In this document: piece by piece, positions 61,095 to 64,000 of the stretch
Layout of the letters: each line of letters begins with the position of its first letter
Numbering within the stretch: position 1 is the stretch's first letter
Assembly: GCA_041601615.1 (NCBI GenBank)
Contig: JBFIHX010000004.1
Span: forward strand, 96,001-160,000
Direction of reading: 5' to 3'
DNA length: 64,000 nucleotides
Source of the DNA: Thermoplasmatota archaeon
GTDB lineage: Archaea > Thermoplasmatota > E2 > JACPAO01 > JAHFTW01
The notes under the pieces: model-generated
What the model saw: only the letters and a program-made list of their open reading frames with translations
Database searches by the model: none
What the model was told of the DNA's origin: nothing
Program-made: the position numbers and the translations under genes

Positions 61095-61577
61095 CTACGC
61101 TTCCACCGTGTTTTGGATGTCCTTGTCGTCCTGCAATACCTTTTCAGCTGCGCGGGCGCGCTGGGAAGCCACGCGCTCGGCGAGGGCGGCGTCGTTAGCG
61201 GCGAGGATTTGGGCGGCGAGGAAGCCTGCGTTGTCTCCGCGGTCGACGCCGACGGTGGCGACGGGGATGCCGGGAGGCATTTGGACGATGCTCAGCAGGC
61301 TGTCAAAGGGGACCTTGCCACCAACGGGGACACCGATGACGGGGCGGGTGGTCATGGCCGCGATGACACCGGGCAGAGCCGCGGCAACACCTGCGATGCC
61401 GACAAACACCTTGGCGCCACGGTTGTGCACAAGGTCCTCCACGTAGGCGGGGGTGCGGTGGGCGCTGGCGACGTGGATCTCGTAAGGGATGCCGAAATCG
61501 GTGAGGATCTTGGCGCACTTTTGGCCGACGGCAAGGTCGGATTTGCTGCCCATGATGATCATGACATCGGGGTTCAT
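61095..61577 (-). CDS. purE: N5-CAIR mutase / AIR carboxylase
   Basis: IIMGSKSD, SAHRTP, AALPGV, PVIGVP, SIVQMPPGIPVATV. Confidence 0.95.
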   Translation of the reverse strand: MNPDVMIIMGSKSDLAVGQKCAKILTDFGIPYEIHVASAHRTPAYVEDLVHNRGAKVFVGIAGVAAALPGVIAAMTTRPVIGVPVGGKVPFDSLLSIVQMPPGIPVATVGVDRGDNAGFLAAQILAANDAALAERVASQRARAAEKVLQDDKDIQNTVEA

Positions 61578-61891
61578 GCGGCGGCCACTGACAGGGGTTT
61601 CAAATGCCTACCTACGGGCGCCGCATAAGGGCCAAGGCGAGGCCAGCGGCGCTGGCGGCGATTCCCACAACTGGTGCCAATGCGCGACCAAGGAGGTTTC
61701 GCGGCGGGTCTTCGTGGATGGGCCCGTATGCTGTGTGGACTCCGAACACATTCACATGCGGTGCGGGCGAGAACGCGGCAGGCATGACATCCTAGTTTGG
61801 GGCCAGGACCACATATCCTTTGCCGGCTGTTTCCGGTGGAGCCCCGATTTCCCCTCCAAGTGGGCGGTTTTCCGACTCGGTGGGTGCTCGA

Positions 61892-62566
61892 TTACGCGCT
61901 CGCATCGGCAGCGGATGCGGCAATCAGGTCCTGGGATTGACGAATGGCTTGCTCGAACACTTCGACGGGTTGGGCACCAGAAACACCCAGCCGCCCTTCA
62001 AACAGGAAGAAGGGCACGCCTTGCACGCCCATGCTGCGCGCCTGCGCGATCTCCTGGCGAACATCCTCTGCAAACGCCTGGCTCGAAAACAACGCATCCA
62101 AGTGCTCCGTTTCGAGGCCCGCTTCCAGGCCGATGCGCCGGAGCGTCCCTTCGTCCGAGACATCCTCGCCAGCGGTGTGTTGGGCCCGCAGCAGTAGATC
62201 CATCACTTTGGCACCAAGGCCCTTGGATCGGCCCAAGTGATGCAAGCGGTGGGCATCGAAGGTGTTCACGGCAAGGGCGTGCTCAAAATCATAGGTCAAG
62301 CCCACGTCGGCGCCCATCGCCTCCAGGCGATCTTGCGAGGCCTGGATCCGTTCCGAATCTCCGTACACCTTGGCAAGATACGCTCGAACGGGTTGCGGCG
62401 ACCCGTGGTTCGGAGCCAACTGGTAGGAACGCATCTGCACTTCTGCTGCCGTCCCGGTTCGCTCCAGTGCTGCTCGCAGGTGTGCATTGCCAAGAAGGCA
62501 CCACGGGCACGCGACATCCGACCAGACATCGATGCGCAGCGGAGCCGGAGATGGGGCCATGGTCAT
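61892..62566 (-). CDS. DsbA family oxidoreductase (FrnE-like)
   Basis: WSDVACPWC, NTFDAHRL, GVQGVPFF, SGAQP. Confidence 0.92.
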   Translation of the reverse strand: MTMAPSPAPLRIDVWSDVACPWCLLGNAHLRAALERTGTAAEVQMRSYQLAPNHGSPQPVRAYLAKVYGDSERIQASQDRLEAMGADVGLTYDFEHALAVNTFDAHRLHHLGRSKGLGAKVMDLLLRAQHTAGEDVSDEGTLRRIGLEAGLETEHLDALFSSQAFAEDVRQEIAQARSMGVQGVPFFLFEGRLGVSGAQPVEVFEQAIRQSQDLIAASAADASA

Positions 62567-62794
62567 TGTTCATCGTCCGCAAGGCTTGGCCCTTTCCAAA
62601 GGAGCCGCCAGAGAGCACCGATGATTGCCCTGCGACACGCCGCAGATGCTCGCAGCACCGGGAGTCGGGGCGGGATTGAGTTGCTTGGCTACGCGACCAC
62701 ATGGCGCATCGCCGAGACAGACAATCGCACCTCGCGAAGCCATTCTCCACGGGCGGTCTGAACCTCCTTCTACCCGGGCTTCACTGCGCGCGTC

Positions 62795-63829
62795 GTGGCC
62801 CCGCCGCGTCTGCGTCGCCTGCTGCCCATCGCCGTGGCGATCAGCCTCCTGACGCTTGCGGCCATCTTGGTCTATTTTCGCTCCAAGCAAGACGTAGACG
62901 TGCTCTTCGATCTGCGCAGTCTAGACCCATGGGTGCCGGCGGCCGCAGTCGGGCTGCACATGACCTCGCACCTGGCATGGACCCTGCGCATCTACACCCT
63001 GGCGCGTGGCCTAGAAATTCGGCTCAGCCTGCCCGCCGCCTGGAGACTCGTGACGTCGGGGCAGTTTGCCGGCGCCGTAACCCCCGGGCGCGTGGGCGCA
63101 GAAGGCATGCGCTTGACCCTGCTGGTTCGAGGCGGAGCGCGGGGAGTTGCCGCAAGCCGCACCGTACTTGCCGACCGCACCAGCGACCTCGTGTTTTTCG
63201 GCACCCTTGGAACCCTCGGCGCCTTTGCCTTACCCATGGTGTTCGGCGCGGACGCGGGAATCCTTCGAGGCCTCGCTCTTGCCGCCGCTGCCGCGCTGCT
63301 TGGACTGATTGCGTTGCTTGGACTCGGCTTGTGGCGACCGATGCTCGTGGCGGCAGGCGCGGAACGGACCTGGAATGCATTGCGTCGCGTCGCTCGCCGG
63401 AGACCGGTGGCCGCAGCGGATCGTATTCGGGCGTTCTTGGACGACGTATGGCAAGGAATGGTATGCCTGGCACGCGATTCGCCGTGGCGCTTGCTGGTGG
63501 CAGCCGGTCTGAGCCTTGCTTTGTGGGTCCTTGAATACGGAGTGCTGTGGGTTTTGCTTCGCGGCGCCGGCGTCGAGATGCCTTGGATGGCGGTGCTCAC
63601 GGCAGGGGTGCTTCTGACCATGCTCGCGGCCGTCCCGATCAGCATCGGGGGCGCTGGCGTGGCCGAGGTGGCAGCGGTTTTGCTTCTGGGCCCGTGGGCG
63701 GGTGCCTCGGCGGTCGTGGTGGTGCTTTTGTGGCGCGCCTCCAGCTACTATTACGACGTAATCATTGGCGGAATCGTGGCAGCATGGAGCCTTCCGCGAG
63801 GTACGCCCGGCACGCCAACAGTGCAGTGA
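62795..63829 (+). CDS. Flippase-like membrane protein (UPF0104/LPG-synthase TM family)
   Basis: FAGAVTPGRVGAE, LADR..D, PISIGGAGVAE, LLWR. Confidence 0.85.
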   Translation: MAPPRLRRLLPIAVAISLLTLAAILVYFRSKQDVDVLFDLRSLDPWVPAAAVGLHMTSHLAWTLRIYTLARGLEIRLSLPAAWRLVTSGQFAGAVTPGRVGAEGMRLTLLVRGGARGVAASRTVLADRTSDLVFFGTLGTLGAFALPMVFGADAGILRGLALAAAAALLGLIALLGLGLWRPMLVAAGAERTWNALRRVARRRPVAAADRIRAFLDDVWQGMVCLARDSPWRLLVAAGLSLALWVLEYGVLWVLLRGAGVEMPWMAVLTAGVLLTMLAAVPISIGGAGVAEVAAVLLLGPWAGASAVVVVLLWRASSYYYDVIIGGIVAAWSLPRGTPGTPTVQ

Positions 63830-63871
63830 ACCGTCGTCAATGGTTTTGTACCCAGAAGCCTGGTGGCTCTC

Positions 63872-64000
63872 GTGCGGACCCTCCCGCTCGCCCTCCTGCT
63901 GATGGTGCCTCTCCTTTCAGGTTGCCTCGGCGAAGGTGCGGCAAATCCACCCGCAAACGCGCTGGACGCGGGCGCTGACGCCGATTGGACGGTCGCCATC
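63872..64000 (+). CDS. Lipoprotein, N-terminal fragment (runs off window)
   Basis: GTG start giving MRTLPLALLLMVPLLSGCLGEG (lipobox LSGC). Confidence 0.6.
   Translation, partial: MRTLPLALLLMVPLLSGCLGEGAANPPANALDAGADADWTVAI

Overview
GC-rich chromosomal window, almost certainly archaeal and probably Thermoplasmatota. Support: split GMP synthase subunit B, archaeal-type TrpRS, DacZ-type diadenylate cyclase, DUF2240, and TATA-like boxes 22-23 nt upstream of apparently leaderless starts. It holds housekeeping genes (hisS 5' part, purB, purE, guaAB, trpS, two identical tRNA-Gly(GCC)), two RimK + aspartoacylase-like modules, a bacterial-like block (SulP, catalase, HerA-like, ABC-F, P-type ATPase) and many secreted, Cys-rich or Ca-binding surface proteins, including two giant paralogues ending in a cytoplasmic Zn-ribbon. 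The most unusual signal is non-coding. Small hairpin-rich units sit at the 3' ends of two genes and carry extra, synonymously recoded copies of the gene's last codons and stop. Behind the acyl-CoA dehydrogenase, [10 protein letters not shown] is encoded three times at an exact 111-bp period, with covarying stems and GCGNAGC mini-hairpins. Behind guaAB, PATVEWE* reappears 89 bp downstream as PATVKWE*. This looks like a family of gene-end-replacing mini-elements. Low-GC cargo behind trpS and a GIY-YIG nuclease behind purE may be related. All family calls come from motif recognition by eye, with no database searches.
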